A stretch of DNA of 56,303 bases from Candidatus Iainarchaeum sp. GTDB taxonomy: Archaea; Iainarchaeota; Iainarchaeia; Iainarchaeales; GCA-2688035. Of this stretch, positions 54,043 through 56,303 are shown piece after piece. The position numbers were made by a program, and so were the translations under genes. Every line of letters begins with the position of its first letter. Within the stretch, counting starts at the first letter, position 1. The notes beneath the pieces were generated by a model that made no database searches, had not been told where the DNA came from, and saw nothing but the letters and a program-made list of their open reading frames with translations. The DNA lies in contig JAFCCO010000007.1 in the NCBI GenBank assembly GCA_017610175.1, forward strand, positions 1-56,303, written 5' to 3'.

Positions 54043-54948
54043 ATGGTTAAGGCAGTAATTCTCGGATCAATCGCACTGGACTCCCTTGAGACACCGTTTG
54101 GCAAGGCGGAGAACGCACTTGGGGGAAGCGCAACATATGCTTCAACCGCGGCCTCGCTTTTTACAGATGTTGGAATAATCGGAATAGTTGGCCGGGATTT
54201 CCCCGAGGAACACGTAAAGTTTCTTGAAAGCAGGGGAATTGACCTCAAGGGAATGGAGAAGGCGGAGGGAAAAACCCTTTACTGGAAGGGCAAATACGGT
54301 TTTGACATCAACGCCCCGGAAACTCTTGACATTCAGCTCAACGTGCTTGCGGACTTCAAGCCAAAGGTGCCGGACGAGTACAAGGACGCTGACTTTTTGT
54401 TCCTTGGAAACCTTGACCCCTCAATTCAAAAATCGGTTCTAGAGCAGATGAACAAGCGCCCAAAGCTCGTTGTCTCAGACACAATGAATTTCTACATTGA
54501 AAAGGACCGCGAGGCGGTTCTCGAAATGGTTAAGCTCTCAGACATCGCCTTAATGAATGACGGGGAAGCAAGGCAACTCTTTAAGACAACAAACCTGATT
54601 AAGGCGGCGCGGGAAATTCTCAAGCTTGACTCAGGCCTTGCAATAATCAAAAAAGGAGAGCACGGGGCGGTTTTTCTTACAGAAAATGAATTCTTCTCGG
54701 CGCCGGGATACCCGCTTGAAAACGTCAGGGACCCGACAGGGGCGGGAGACAGCTTTGCAGGAACCCTTACAGGATACCTTGCAAAGACAGGTGACTTAAG
54801 CCCTGAAAACATCCGCAGGGCATTGATTTACGCTTCAAGCGTTGCAAGTTTCAATGCAGAGGGCTTCTCCCTCGAGAAGCTGAAGACCATTACCCTCGAG
54901 GACGTTGAAGCAAGATTTAATGAGTTCAAAAAAATTGTGCAGTTTTAG
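54043..54948 (+). CDS. PfkB-family sugar/nucleoside kinase
   Basis: GS.A.D..ETPFG....LGGSA, DTMN, N..EA, KKGEHG, DPTGAGDSFAG. Confidence 0.9.
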   Translation: MVKAVILGSIALDSLETPFGKAENALGGSATYASTAASLFTDVGIIGIVGRDFPEEHVKFLESRGIDLKGMEKAEGKTLYWKGKYGFDINAPETLDIQLNVLADFKPKVPDEYKDADFLFLGNLDPSIQKSVLEQMNKRPKLVVSDTMNFYIEKDREAVLEMVKLSDIALMNDGEARQLFKTTNLIKAAREILKLDSGLAIIKKGEHGAVFLTENEFFSAPGYPLENVRDPTGAGDSFAGTLTGYLAKTGDLSPENIRRALIYASSVASFNAEGFSLEKLKTITLEDVEARFNEFKKIVQF

Positions 54949-54957
54949 GTGATTGAA

Positions 54958-55749
54958 ATGATTGGAATAATCGGCGGCTCAGGCCTTGAGGACCCAAAAA
55001 TTCTGAAGAATTCAGAGGAAATACTTGTTGAAACGCCTTACGGCAAAACAAGTTCCCCCCTTACAATTGGGGAAATTGCCGGCAAAAAGATTGCATTAAT
55101 CTCAAGGCACGGCAAAAAGCACGAAATCATGCCGTCAAACGTTAACAGCAGGGCAAACATCTGGGCTTTGAAAGAATTTGGTGTTAAGCAAGTTCTTGCA
55201 ACAACCGCGTGCGGTTCACTGCGCGAAGAAATAATGCCAGGCCAGATAGTTTTTCCAAAGCAGTTCATTGACTGGACAAGCAAGCGCTCAAGCACTTTCT
55301 TTGACAAGGGCAAGGTCTGCCACATCCCAATGGCCAACCCGTTCTGCCCAAAGCTAAGCGAATTGCTGTGCGAAACCGCAAAGAAGCTGAAAATTCCGCA
55401 CCACGACCACGGAACTGTTGTGACAATTGAGGGCCCGCGGTTCTCAACAAGGGCTGAATCGCACATGTTCAGGACAATTGGCGGGGACATAATAAATATG
55501 AGCACTGTTCCGGAGGTTGTTCTTGCGCGCGAGGCAGGAATGTGCTATCAGGCGATTGCCATGGCAACAGACTACGACTGCTGGAAAGAGAGCGAAAGCG
55601 TTGACATCTCAAAGGTTCTTGAAACATTCAAAAGCAATGTGGAGCGTGTAAAAAGGCTGCTTGTTGAGGCAATTCCAAAAATTGAATCAAAGGAATGCGC
55701 CTGCCAAAAGCACATTGATTCCTCAATAATTAACCTCAGCGAAGACTAA
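54958..55749 (+). CDS. mtnP: S-methyl-5'-thioadenosine phosphorylase
   Basis: [54 protein letters not shown]. Confidence 0.93.
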   Translation: MIGIIGGSGLEDPKILKNSEEILVETPYGKTSSPLTIGEIAGKKIALISRHGKKHEIMPSNVNSRANIWALKEFGVKQVLATTACGSLREEIMPGQIVFPKQFIDWTSKRSSTFFDKGKVCHIPMANPFCPKLSELLCETAKKLKIPHHDHGTVVTIEGPRFSTRAESHMFRTIGGDIINMSTVPEVVLAREAGMCYQAIAMATDYDCWKESESVDISKVLETFKSNVERVKRLLVEAIPKIESKECACQKHIDSSIINLSED

Positions 55750-55750
55750 T

Positions 55751-56227
55751 TCAAAGAAAGAAGCCGTTTAGCACCCCAAGGGAGAGTGCGGTAACAATAA
55801 TTCCCGCAATGGTTACACCGATTGCGCTTGCAACGGCAAATTTTCTAAACCTAACACCCAAAAGGTATGCCGCAAGCGCTCCTGTCCACACACCGGAGCC
55901 GGGAAGGGGAACGGCAATAAACAGCGCAAGCCCGATTGTCCCAAACCGCTCAACATAGGGCTCAACCTTTCGCTGGGTCCTTGCAACAAACCACCCATAT
56001 ATATCTTTTATTATAGAGACTTTTGTGAACAGCTTCACAAGAGCGTCAAGAAACGCGTAAAGCACCAGCCCAAACAGAATGTTCACAATTACCGCAATAA
56101 GGAAGACTTCAATCCAAGGAGCCTGCAGCACAAAGAGCCCAAAAGGGATGCTTGCCCTTAATTCAAGGCCGGGCATCATGGTCAGCAGAATAAAGTTAAT
56201 CAGAGTATGTAGTTCCAAAAAATTCAC
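55751..56227 (-). CDS. COG2426 'small multidrug export' family membrane protein
   Basis: P..ELR..IP and LFIAVPLPG.G.WTG motifs. Confidence 0.85.
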   Translation of the reverse strand: MNFLELHTLINFILLTMMPGLELRASIPFGLFVLQAPWIEVFLIAVIVNILFGLVLYAFLDALVKLFTKVSIIKDIYGWFVARTQRKVEPYVERFGTIGLALFIAVPLPGSGVWTGALAAYLLGVRFRKFAVASAIGVTIAGIIVTALSLGVLNGFFL

Positions 56228-56303
56228 CGCAAATCTATGAATATTAGGTGAACCGAAAAAAGTATTAAAAAGACTTATGTTGAATATACTATTGCCTAGT
56301 ACA

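Noticed and set aside
1-56303. CRISPR arrays, tRNAs, 16S/23S rRNA, defence systems
   Set aside because: No regularly spaced repeats, cloverleaf signatures or nuclease/defence motifs seen by eye; intergenic gaps are too short for large RNAs

Overview
Archaeal chromosomal window (TATA-binding protein, AglB oligosaccharyltransferase, archaeal-type 5S rRNA, TATA/BRE promoters with GGTGA/GGAG ribosome sites). Gene style and many very basic proteins suggest a DPANN-type lineage, but that is an inference. About 51 kb (1940-52875) is one surface-glycosylation super-cluster: aglB followed by a eukaryote-like aglH(Alg7)-Alg14-Alg13 module, about ten further GT2/GT4 and two GT-C glycosyltransferases, two Wzx flippases, rmlB/rmlA, wecB, a NeuB/SpsF nonulosonate module, five intact radical SAM genes (three cobalamin-type) plus a decayed sixth, four methyltransferases, cysC, and a ugd-glucuronokinase-nucleotidyltransferase-uxs operon. 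It is flanked by tbp/adk-like/5S rRNA on the left and an apt-pfkB-mtnP salvage operon on the right. The strongest novelty candidate is a putative regulon: a ribbon-helix-helix domain fused to a degenerate sugar-nucleotidyltransferase (50414-51229), plus a pseudo-palindromic ATTGTAC(C/T)A box at helically phased distances from the TATA boxes of many promoters in the cluster, with a near-match over the regulator's own start. A low-GC radical SAM cassette appears to have integrated by single crossover inside a methyltransferase gene. No CRISPR array, tRNA or transposase was seen. All assignments are from motif recognition by eye; no database search was run.
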